From Dudresnaya verticillata (taxonomy: Eukaryota), in contig OZ374557.1 in assembly GCA_977862235.1 (NCBI GenBank), positions 434,001-498,000 of the forward strand: a DNA stretch of 64,000 nucleotides, in the 5' to 3' direction. The first letter of the stretch is position 1. Every line of letters starts with the position of its first letter. The position numbers and the translations under genes are program-made. Shown in pieces: positions 52,201-64,000 of this stretch. Below the pieces are notes generated by a model that was not told the origin of the DNA, searched no databases, and worked only from the letters and a program-made list of their open reading frames with translations.

Positions 52201-54051
52201 CCCGCGCCCACAGGTAGCCGTTACCGGACGTGTCGACACGTGTATGGGCGTGCGCACGCGGAACTTCCGTGTTGGTGCCTCAGCGGCGTACTCACCTTAG
52301 AGTAGCCATAGGCGCGTACTATTGTACAGTATTTAAGGCCGTCTGCCATCGATGGCTCAGTAAACCGGGCAAGCAACGGCTGGCGCTGATGCTTGACCCC
52401 AGTCTTGATCGTTCGATCCCTTTCCTCTACGCCAGCGGGCGGTTCTACTTTTTCCCTTGCCTCCCTAGGCTTACCTCTTCCTTTTCCTTTCCGCCGGCGT
52501 CGTGGCGCCCTTTGACAGGGACGCTGGGATCCGGCCGCTGCCTACCCGCGTACGGTACGCCCCATGCGCGCTCCGGCATTGACGCCATTGATCCGCACCT
52601 GCGAAGCGCACGCGGCCGACACCGCTCTACCACATTCAGGTACCCATCGACGGGTCTGGATGACGGCTTCGGATCAGCGAGTACCAGACGTCGGATCGAC
52701 CCGACGTCTATACTACAGGTACTTCCACCCCATATTAGCGCGTTGTAGAATATCTCAAAAACGATTGCAGATTTTATTAAACGGGCTTCGGAGCCGTTCC
52801 CCGCCCGCCAAGCAACGTTTACAACACTCATTTAAATGCACTCTACTGTCCCCACTGTCCAGAATCTCCACTTTTGGGGGGTGCCTTATACTTTCTTGCA
52901 GCACTGTACCACCGGTACTTAAGCTAAAAACAGCCGAACAACGCCGCATGGCTGCCCTATGACACATTGGATACTTTCCCATCCACTATCGGTACCTTCG
53001 CAACATAGGCCTCCAAAGATTCCTGGACGCACTGCAGGGGCTGAAACAAACACGCCTCTAAGAAGCCAGAAAAAGACAGATAGCCCTAGCAATACATACA
53101 ATTCGAACTATCCCAGACCCAAACAACATACAGCCATGCACCACGAAACGACAGTGACCAGCGTGCAGACCAACAGTTCAATACCCGGCGGAAACGTCAT
53201 GTACGCCCCCCGTAACTAGAGGTTGGCAGCTCACCAGCCCAGGAGGATTTAGCCGACCCAAAGATAATAGTGAACGATTTCGCCAGGTGGGCTTCTTATG
53301 CTACTGCATGAAAGAAATACCTTTTCTACTCAATGCATCGATGCCCTCGGTCGCTGGCGTGAAGGCCGAGCGACGGCTGATAAATTCTTCATTGTCTGAG
53401 CGACCCGAGGCAGGGACCCGAGGCAGAGTCGCTCAGAGACCCCAAACAAAGGGATAAAGTCCGCCTTGCTGCCATCCTAAAAAACAATTACAACTGGATG
53501 GTGCGATGGCAGGAGGCGCAGATCGGCGCAGCCATTCTGGCAGGAAATCCCAAATGTTGCCAGAAATAGAAACAAAACAGATAAATAGCGGCAAACAGCG
53601 CCACTCCCGGTGCGCTCGAACCCTACCCTCGAGCGCCACCGGAAGCAAATCGGTACTGGCGACCCCGCTAGGGGCACATACGTCAGCCCAGCCCAGTCCG
53701 GAAGCACCGGCTGGAGTACGAGTACGTATGATGAAGAGTTTGCTAGGCTTTACTTCGCCCAGGGACATCCGCGGTGAGAACGCGCAAAACGCTAGAAGTA
53801 TAGCAAACGCTACTAAAGACAAAACGAACACGTACTAAAGACACGGGAAGTAGCGAGCTACTGAGCTCTCCTATCAGTTTGGCCGAGCGTCCCAGAGCGG
53901 AGCGGTGGCGAGCTAGAGAAGATGAGCTCGCTGTGCCGCTCCACGCACCGCCGACCCTCGGCATGTCTATTTCTCTTTCTGAAAGAGAACTACCCCCCTC
54001 GCTGGGCGGAGACGACTTCTAAGCAGCACAATCAGCGTGCTTTAGAGCGAC

Positions 54052-56938
54052 ATGTCCGCAGCAGAACAAACCGACGAAGCCCCGGCGCCGGGGCCGCCCG
54101 CGCCCCTTCCTGCCCCGGTCGCGCCAGCCGCTACCCTACGTGCGGCATGGTCGACCGGGAAGCCGGAGCGCCGCGACTTCGGGGCGGTAGTGACGGAACG
54201 CAATGCGCTCAAGCTGGTGGGGGAAGGCAGCGTCTTCGAGCGGGGCAGCCATGTTCCAGTAACGCACATAGGCTACTTCAAACCCCCCCGCTGACGCGTT
54301 CCTCTCCGACCTTCGCTCCAAGGACCGACGGTCCGAGAAGGAGTGGGAATATATCAACGCCGTCGGGGTCTGGACCGAACTGGGCCTGGCGGCGCTAGAA
54401 GTGGCAAAAGGAACGAATGGGACTGTAGAGGAGATGGGTAGGCGGCTCTTACTGGCTGAAAATCCTTCAAGGCCGCGTTGGAGGTACTGTCTATGCGGGA
54501 GCAGTACGTTCGGGACATGACGGAGCAGGGAGTGGAGACCACACGACAGATGTCCTTTCTCGTTGAACAAGGACACGACGCCGTGTTTAGTGATTCATAC
54601 CGCTCTGCTCGAGTGGCTCTTACCTCGAAACTCGAGATCGAGGCCGCAAAGCAGCTCTCCAAGGCGCGCCTGGAGCAGGCCAGCCGAAACTCATCGGGTG
54701 GACCCTCGGGGTCCGCCGATCAGTGATGGCATGACAAGGAGCAAGGACCACAGGGACGTTTGGGGGACAACCACTGTGGAGAGGGACGTCCTTGAAGGCC
54801 GAAGTGTGGGGGTCGGTTCTCGGGGCGTCGGAATACCTGGTACGGGCTATCAGGTACGGGATAAGGGACCTGCCCTCCGAGCCCTTTACGGGCGGTACCG
54901 TCCTTGGGCGAATCCGCCAGTCAGCGGAGGACAGGATGTTTGGTGTTGGGGACCTGGAAAAAGGATGTAGGGAAGGGATCTACGAGGAGGTGAAAGAGGA
55001 GGAGGTGAAGCATCTGGTAGGGGAAGGAAAGATGGTGTCGTCGGCTTTCGTGGTGTGGCAAGGGGAAGGGGAGGAGAGGAACGGTCGGTTCGTTATAAAA
55101 TTCCACCGCCAGAGCAAGCACTGGCCGAAGGGGCGTCTGAAGATGGAGACGCTCCCCTCCTTCCCGGTGGACATTCGGCAAGGGGATTACCTTATGTCGT
55201 GGGACATCAAGAGCGGGTACAGGCACTTTTACCTGCACCCTCAGATGAGGGACTTCTCCTATTCCGCTACGAAGGGAGGTTCTACAGGTGCATAGCCTTG
55301 TCGTTCGGGTTGGGAAATCGGTACTCTGGTTTACGAAGCTGCTTCTCCTTCTGGTACGCTATCTGCGAGAGAAGATGGGCTACCGCGTCTTGCCCTACAT
55401 CGAAGATTTCTTGGCAGCTCCTGCGCCACACGGCAGAGCTTCCACAAAGGCCGATCGTCGACGCGCGCAGGGTCGCCTCGCGATACTGTTCAACTGGCTG
55501 GGCATCGTAAGACATTGCGAGAAGGGCTGTTGGGACGGCAGCCAGGGACTGGATCACCTGGGCATGCATATAGACACCGTGTCGATGTGTGTCTACGTGT
55601 CGGACAAGAAGGTCGTCCGCGTTCAGGCTTTGGCGAAGAAGATACTGATGTTGGCTCAACTGAACCGCTGTTTAGTCTCGCTGGACTTGTTGCGGCATTT
55701 ATGCGGGGTTTGCGTGTCCCTCACGCTCGCGCTTCCCCCCGCTCGCTTCGACACCCGCTCACTCTACTTCGACATGAGTCTGGCAGAGCGGAAGGAGCGA
55801 GGGCCAAGTCCGCAGCGGAGGTCCGGCCAATGACCGAGGGTCAGCGAGGTCGGCAGGCTGCGTCGCAGCGCCGCAGGCGCGCCCGCACGCCCTTCGGGTA
55901 CGGCTGTGCCGCCAGTCTCTACGAGACTTGCGGTAGTGGCGTTCGCTTTCTCGCGGCGAGGGCCCCAACCTAGTCAGACCTGGTCCGGACCTTACGATGC
56001 ACAGCGACGCGGCGGACGTTGGATATGGCGGCACGCTCGGCAAGGACGAGGCGCAAGGCTTATCGGGTTTGTGGGAGGGTCAAGGTTTCTGGACGGCGGC
56101 CGATCGAGCGCGCTCGATTACTTTACGGGAGCTCCGCGCCGTCCGCCTCCTCCTCCACCGACACTTTGCCGACTACGTATCCGACCCGAACGTTCGCCGC
56201 CTACTTCCTCACGAAGACAATCAGGCGGTGGTCTACGTGTTGAACGCAATGGTGTCCGCGTCAAAGGAAATCATGGTGGAGCTGTGAGGTCTGGAGGTGC
56301 TACTGCGTGTGTTGGGGGTGAAGATAGACGCCCGGTGGATCCCGTCCGCGGTGAATCGCTTCGCCGACGCGGTATCGCGAACGTGGGATCCAGGCGACGC
56401 ACGGGTAGCCGACCGCATACTGCAGTCGATACAGCACGAGTATCGGCTGGACGACGTCGTGTTTTGGCGTCGACCGCTGGGAGAGACGGCAGTGGCGCGG
56501 TCGAAGTATCTCGCAACGCAGATACAGGAAGATTGCGGCGATGGAGCAGCGCGCTTGTGGAATCCCCGTTCGACATGCTCCCCTTGGTGGTGAAGAAGCT
56601 CGAGGAGGATGGCGCACAGCGGGAGGGGTATTTTGGTCGCACCGAACTGGAGGGCGCAAGCTTGGTTCCCGCGCTTGTGCGCTCTCAGTTCGAACATGAC
56701 CGTTATACGTCCCGGCGAGGCGAGCGACCTCTCGCCACACGCAACTCCGCTTCTCCATGGCGACGTGGGGAACGCTCGCTGGTCCATCGTGGTAGCAGCA
56801 GTGGGATTGCCGCCTCCTGGAAGGACGGGATCCGAGATGCTGTCCATGCACTAACCGGCCCCAGCCCAACTGGTGAGGTGCAGGAGGCAGCGGACCTCTT
56901 GGCGTGTGGTATAGACGCTATGCGCAAAACGACCCCGT
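54052..56938 (+). mobile_element. DIRS-type fragment, copy 3
   Basis: Same ORFs, offset 52218. Confidence 0.85.
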
Positions 56939-57209
56939 CGTCTACGTGAAAAATAATCGAGAAATACGAATTTCGAAGTGACTCCGTGAATGCGCACGCC
57001 ACGATGGCAAACGTATTACAGTGCGCATACTCTGCGTGTGCCACGATGGCATTAGCATTACAGCACGCACGCGATACGAAATCGCTGACACCTCTGGACG
57101 AATTCCGAGCGGACTTCGTGATCGCGCGCACCACGATGGCATTCGCATTACAGTGCGCACCCGATACGAAATCGCTGACACCTTCGTGACCTTCCCGTTG
57201 TTTCCTGCG

Positions 57210-60200
57210 TGTAACGGCACCTCGGCCCACGACGCGCGTGCACCTCCGTATGCATCGCTGGCGCACTTCGTAACCGCCACCATACGTGAGACGACCGTTC
57301 GTTGGCACCGAGGCCGTTACGAATCATTCGATTACGAACCGTCTCCCGCGTTGACGTGTATTCGTGCTCACGTAGTATTACTTAGCCAGTCGTCTGGCAC
57401 AACCTCCGAGGGTTTCCGGTAAGCGACTAGCGCCCGGACCTCGGAGTCTTCGGTAAACGCCTGTTTCTTCGAGTTCGGTGTCTTCGTCTTCGTGACCGCG
57501 GATACCGTCGAGCCTCGCTTTCGATAGCCCCGCGTACCCGGAGTCATCCCCGGTGATCGATCGCTCGAGTTCTCCCTTCCGCACACGAATACGTTGACAC
57601 CGTGGTCCTTCGTGTTGGTCGCTCCGCTCTACCACGCTACCACCCCTTTTCGTTTCTCCGTTAGGCTACGAGGCCATTCGTTAGGCTCCGAGGCCATTAC
57701 TTACAGTGCGAGACTTCCGCGTCACCGTGGACTTCGTTATACCACACTGGTCTCCCGACGTAGAAGTGGTTCCGAAGTTTCGCATTTATTCGTAATTAGT
57801 TTCTATCCGAGACACAATGTCTCACGCTCCGAGTCGTCCCGATTCGCCGGTACCGAAATCCGATGACGTACCGATTCCGGAGCTCCCGTTATTTTGCTCG
57901 AACGCGAGTGACCGAGAACCGTTTTCTCGCGCTCGCGCCTCACGTATAACGGTACCCGATCTTCGCACAGACTCGCGTTCGCAGGCTCACGGTAGCCAGT
58001 CCGACCTTTCGTATACGTACACGCCATTGGAAATCGTTCCCTCGGATACCGTCGATCGACTCTTCTCGATGAAGGAAGTCTCCGGTGCAGAACTACGTTT
58101 ACTCTACGAAGAAGTCATCGACACGCTTTCCACTGCGTACCGTATCACGCAGCTCTCAATTCGTAATACGCGTAATCGAGGCACGAAGAGTTCAACAATT
58201 TCCGCGCTGGCAAGGTCCGTAGGATCGAAGACTCACTCGAGAGTCTGCGGGATCTTGTCTCTGGAGTCAGCAACCGGTTTCTCGTGCTCGAGCACAACAT
58301 ATCCGCCCCCGTAGGCAAGGCGAGTCACTCTCTTCCCGTTAGCAGCTCGCACGCATTCTCGGAGGAACAGTTGAACGCTGTTCGTGACATCGTGTCCGCA
58401 GCGTTACCGAAGGAAAGTCTCGAAGTCGCGAAGATCTTCCCAAAGCCCGTCCTGACCCCCGCAATTCGCCGATTGTTCAACCTGTGCAAGGCCCGGGTGC
58501 CCAATCTACGTTACCGAAAAACACGTATCCGAATCAGTCCCCGCACCCTTTATCGGATCAGGCAACCGATGCCTCCGACAACCCCCGTATCAACCCCGCA
58601 GTATTCCGAGCTTCACTTCAACCACCGATGTCCCCCGGAGGACCCGTAATCGAAAATCCGTTATCGCTCGCGGGACCCGTGTCATCGTTCTGGCTCTGGG
58701 GACCGCTCGAGCCGGGCGTCGAACCGATACCGACGCTCATTCCCGAATTCGCGCGAGCCGTAAGCTATCGATCGTATCGACTCACGAATTGGTCATCTCG
58801 GGATAATCAACACGAAGTCTTCCGAGGTAACAAGTCGAAAACTGTTTCCCGCATGCGTTCGATGATGCCTAGACTCGAGACGTTTACGGGACGCGATAGG
58901 ATTAAGGTTCTCGCATTTCTTCGTGATATTCGACAAGCGCTGAACGGAGTCGGGCTCACCGAAGGAGCAGCAGTTCGAACGATTTCGTGGTTCCTCGACG
59001 AGACCGCGCTCAAGGTGTATCAACACTATGCCTTCGGAGGCGTTCGTACTGGCAACCTGGTTTGCTGGTCCGCTATCGTGAACGTATTGCTACAACGATT
59101 TCTCACGGAAGATGTAATCGCTGACGCACAATATCGCGTGGTTACCGCGAAGCAGAAGTCCGAAGGAACAGAGATGGAATTCGCCACCCATCTCCAAGAC
59201 TATGTGGATGTCTGCTCAGGTGTCTACGATGACTCTTGGTTAACGCACCAATTTATTCGTGGACTCCTACCTACTACGTACCCTATCGTGGCCGACCAGG
59301 TTCGCTGTTTACCGTTGTCCGAGCAAAAGAATTTCATGAGCGTACAACGAATCGCGGAAGCCGAAGGCGACATTCCGAGCTCGCGAACTACGTGACACCG
59401 CGGCCCAAAAGTCGCGTGATTCGAAGAACCGAACGTCCGCTACGTACCCGAAGAGTCGCCAAGCGCCCGGACGCACGATGCTTATCGAAGCTTGCGACAC
59501 TCCCGGGAGTGAATACGAGTGCAAGATGAACGAAGATCCGCAAATGGCCGTGATGATGATTCGTTCAGGAACCGGGTCCACATCCGCTACACCGACTACT
59601 TCGACAACGGTCTCCGTGGACGATAAGTTAGATCGCACAGTCGTATCGAGCGTTTTGTACCCGCACGTGTCCCCCCGATGACTACGGAGCAAATCGAGAT
59701 GGCGCGTTCGATGATCCCGAGGAACCAGGATGCGTGGCCGTGTTGGTTCTGTCGCGAAATCGTTCACCTGGTGTATTCGTGTCCGTATCTCACGAAGGAG
59801 CAACAACTCTACTGCGCGTATCAGAACTATCTCTATCAACTCAAGACGAGACCGTATACGCGTAGTAACTTCGTGAATCGCGGTGCCGTAAGAGAGAATT
59901 CGTTCGCGTCCGTTGACAATCGAGGTCACCGTGGACTCCCGAGGATCGCGTGACAATCGCGTAAACCGAGACCTTCGTCAAGGCGATACGCGCTACCCGA
60001 GGGACTGAGCCCAGCGTCAAGTCAGCTTTGAGCGTCGAGGGCCGCCGACCGTCCTCTGCAATCCGAGACACGCGCAGGCCCCGGGCCGTCAACCGGTTCT
60101 TGCAGTCCGTAAAAAAGTTGACGCGATTGAGCCGAGTCACCCGATTCTGCCCTCGGAGGCTTACGAAGGCTCCGCGAATATAGGAAGAGGTGATCGATTA

Positions 60201-63200
60201 ACCGCCCCTTTGGACGCGGACGCTCGTAATTCGGAATCTAATTCGAGTTCGGAAAACGAGTAAAGGCGAAGACGCCCGTTGTGTCACGTACTTCGTCTGA
60301 ATCCGTTCCCCGAGACACTCCGCGTATTCCGATTCCGAGAGCCGCTGCGATGCGAAGGAAGCGCGCTGCACGACGACGAGACCGAAAGCGATGTCGAATC
60401 CTCGCGAAAGACGCTTCGTGCGAAAACAATTCGAAGAAGATACCGATCTCGAAGATCGAACCCGAAGTTACCACCGAGGGATACGTTTGCTTGATGACTT
60501 CGGAGATCTTCCTCGTGACCGGATCCATTGGCCTCGATGCCTCCGTAATGACGCCGCATACGATTGCCGTCGATACGTGTTCCGGTTACAACGTAATAGC
60601 CCGGGCTGCGTTACCCACCGGTTGGGAAGCGAACGCGTCCACGATGGAATCGGCTCCGAGGCTCGCGTCCGCTGATCGCACCCCGTTGCGACTCGATGGT
60701 ATCGTTTACCTGACAGTCCGCCTTGGGAACGTTCGATACCGCGTACCCTTCGTGGTTGTGGAGAAACTCGCAGTCGACGTTCTCCTTGGAACTTCGTGGA
60801 TGGACGCGCATTTACGAAGCATCGAGCTCAGCCCACAGAGGCTCATCGCGAAGGGTGGAAGCACGATTCCAATTATCAACCGCATTGCTGGACCGGCTCC
60901 GCCCGCTACTAATTCGAAAATTCCGAAGCAGAAATTCGAGAAAACGCTATCGAAGCGACACCAACGTGAGCTCCACGATTGGGACCGAGATACCCGTACC
61001 ATTCGTTTGAACCGCCGCGTCACCATACCGAGTTATTCGCACAAGCTAGTCACCGTGACCTCGGAAGCACTCGGACTAATTCATATCGAACCGAAGCCTT
61101 CGTTACAACACCGACGCGGAGTACGGTTAACAAACGGGATACACGAAGTCAGTCCGGATCGCGAGTTTTCGGTGTTGATGGCGAACTTCACGGATAAGCC
61201 TCGAGCTCTACCAAAGGGAACCGTCATCGGATACGCAGCTCGAAACCCGCTCGCGATTCTGACACCCGATCGCGAAGTCGTGGATTCGTTTGCCAAGGTG
61301 CTCAACATCTCTACGCTACGTGAGCACGATGAATCGAAGTCACCCGAAGAATCCGTATCCACGAAGGAAAAACCGCTCACGAAGGGCGCCACGACTGCAG
61401 CAGCAGAAGCCAATTCGAGTTCCCGCGATTGGGAAGAACGCGTATACCTTTCGAACATACCCGATGAAACTATGCGGAACGAGGTCCTCGAGATGCTACG
61501 TAAGCACGAATCAATGTGGAACGGAGACCTCGGATCGATCGCAGCCACGGAGCATCGGATCGATCTACAACCCGGGACTCGACCTATTCGTTCGATGCCC
61601 TACCGTCAAGGGCCCGCAATACTTGAAATCGTTCGTAACGAAATCGACAGTATGCTCGAAGCCGGAGTAATCGAACCAGCCATCTCGGAGTGGGCGTCCC
61701 CCGTAGTCCTCGCACCGAAGAAAGACGGAACACTTCGTTTTTGTGTAGATTACCGAAGACTCAATACGAAGACACTATCCGACGCGTACCTGCTTCCCCG
61801 GATGGAAGATTGTATCGATTCACTCGGAGACGCTTCGATTTTCTCGACACTCGATTGTAACAGCGGTTACTGGCAGATTCCAGTTGCCCCGGAAGACGGC
61901 GACAAGACTACGTTTACTTCGTTTCTCGGAACTTATCGTTATCTTCGTATGCACTTCGGTTTGAAAAACGCGTCCGCTACGTTTCAACGTGCACTCGATA
62001 TCATTCTATCCCGAGTCCGTTGGCAGTGTTGTCTCGTTTACCTCGATGATGTGATCGTTTTCTCCACGAATCTTCGTGAACACATCGCGCATCTCGATCA
62101 AGCCCTCACGCTACTTCGTAACTCCGGGGTTTCGCTCAAAATGAATAAGTGCTTCCTTTTCCGCAAGCGAGTCGACTATCTCGGACACGTAATTTCCCCG
62201 GGGAAGCTGAGTATGGCCGAGAGGAGCTCCGAGGCATTCCGATACGCGAAGTTCCCGAAGACCCTCACGCAAGTCCGTTCGTTCCTCGGTGCGTGTAACG
62301 TATAACGAAGATTCTTGAAATACTTCGCGAAACTTGCGCGCCCGTTGACGAACATGACACGAAAGGACGAGGATCCTGACTACGGGAAACGCTCCATAAT
62401 CGATACGGGCGCGTCTGTGTATCAACTTGGGTGCGCGTTGCTACAGGAGCAAGATGACGAAGAGTTCCAACCGGTGAGCTACTGGTCTTATTCGTTAAAA
62501 GATGCCGAGAAGAACTACTCCGCAACCGAGCGCGAATGCTACGCAGTCGTATGGGCGGTTACTTCGTTACGTCCGTATATCGAAGGAACCCGGTTCACCG
62601 TGCGTACGGACCACGACGCGCTCCACTGGATTCGTTCTCTCACCGATTCGTCCGGGCGACTCACCCGATGGAGGCTTCGCTTAGCCGAATTCGACTTCGA
62701 AATCGTGTATCGCCCGGTCGCGTCCACCAGATTCTCGATGCCCTCTCGAGATTGCTACTTCCGCATCGCGAACAACCCGCAATCGACGACGAAGTGCCTA
62801 CGTTTGACTCGGATCAAAACGCCGCAAAGCACGAAGCACGCTTCCGAAACGACGTCGCGAAAACTATCGAAAACGCAAGAGACCCAGTTCTCATCACTAC
62901 GCGATCTCTCAAACGTCAAACGAACGTTATCGCGATTCGCCACGACTCCACGAGGACGACCACGCCCGCAAAATGGGTAATTCGAGCCGGCACTACGCAA
63001 AGACCCACGGAGGCCCCAAAAAATAACGCAGCTCACCATCCGCAAAGCCACGAAGGCTGCGCCCACGCCCACGACGAAGCACTGCGTGATAAATATGCAG
63101 GAAAAAACAAGGTCTACGATGACTGCGATTTATGGGACGATATCGATGACGATGATCTGTTTGACATTTATCGAATCGATCCTAACGAAGAACCGCGTGA

Positions 63201-64000
63201 CCTAACCGATGTCAAACCCGTAGACCTACCCGCCGATTACCGTATCCAAGATCCTCGAGGGACAGCGTATTGATTCGTTCTGCCAAACGGTTCAAGCACG
63301 AAAATCGAAAACGAAGGATATTCTCTTTCACGAAGATGGAGACGGTCTCCTGCGACGAACGCATCCGACAATTCCGAAGTTAACGCAAATCGTATTGCCC
63401 GAAACGCTCCGACCCCGGCTACTTACGCTAGCGCACCATTCGTTACTCGCTGGCCACCCGGGGCAGAATCTCATGTTCTACTCACTTCTTGAAACGTATT
63501 ACTGGCCTTACATGGCTGCCGATATCGCATCTACGGTCCGAAGTTGCAAGCACTGCGCACGAAATCGGATTCTCTTACGAAGGAACCTTCATCGCTTGAA
63601 GCTCTTCCTAGCTACGCGCCCACTCGAATCGGTCGCGATTGACATCTTAGGCCCGTTGCCACGTACGAAATCTGGACGCAAGTTCATCTTCGTGATTACG
63701 GATCGCTTTGCGAAGTTGACCCAGGTGGCCACACTACGAGTAATCACCGCGTATCACGTGGCCGTTGCCTTTTGCGAAGTTTGGATATTCAAGTACGGAC
63801 CGCCCGCCTCGGTGCTCTCGGATAACGGGAAACAGTTTACTTCGAAGTTCTTTCAGGGCGTCTGTCGCTTACTCGGGTTATCGAACGTGTTCACCTCCGC
63901 ATATCATCCGCAAACAAATGGACAAACCGAACAATATAACCGGACTATCCTCGCGATGCTTCGTAACTACGTGAACGGCCACCAAAACGATTGGGACCGC
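57210..64000 (+). mobile_element. Gypsy element A, copy 3 (cut by window end in integrase)
   Basis: Same ORFs, offset 52218. Confidence 0.92.

Larger units (their letters stand above)
26109..52217. repeat. 26.1-kb tandem repeat unit, copy 2
   Basis: Colinear with copy 1. Differences seen at ~27889 (C6 vs C5), 34707, 41652, 43384 and 50701. Confidence 0.99.
52218..64000. repeat. 26.1-kb tandem repeat unit, copy 3 (cut by window end)
   Basis: ORFs recur at +26109 from copy 2; private SNP at 63980. Confidence 0.99.

Overview
Eukaryotic, transposon-only DNA. The window is about 2.45 near-identical head-to-tail copies of a 26,109-bp unit (1-26108, 26109-52217, 52218-64000 partial). By eye I found only about 5 substitutions and one 1-bp indel between copies. 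Each unit is a nest of decayed retroelements: (i) a truncated DIRS-type element (gag, RT, RNase H, short methyltransferase motif); (ii) Gypsy element A (5' LTR, PBS, gag, PR-RT-RH-IN-chromodomain, no 3' LTR); (iii) the 3' end of element C (antisense ORF, PPT, putative LTR); (iv) full-length Gypsy element B (about 520-bp LTRs, CCCGC TSD, gag/pol with many stops, long antisense ORF), inserted into a further LTR-like sequence D. I see no intact host gene, tRNA, rRNA or CRISPR array. Most interesting signals: a homologous, unrecognised antisense accessory ORF in B and C; a 12-nt box (CCGCTCTACCAC) near the 3' end of three unrelated LTRs that is complementary to a tRNA D-arm and accompanies a tRNA-Tyr-type PBS; a conserved -1 frameshift site; and the very recent tandem amplification of old, dead elements. 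A red-algal host is my guess from element style and CpG richness, and is not demonstrated.
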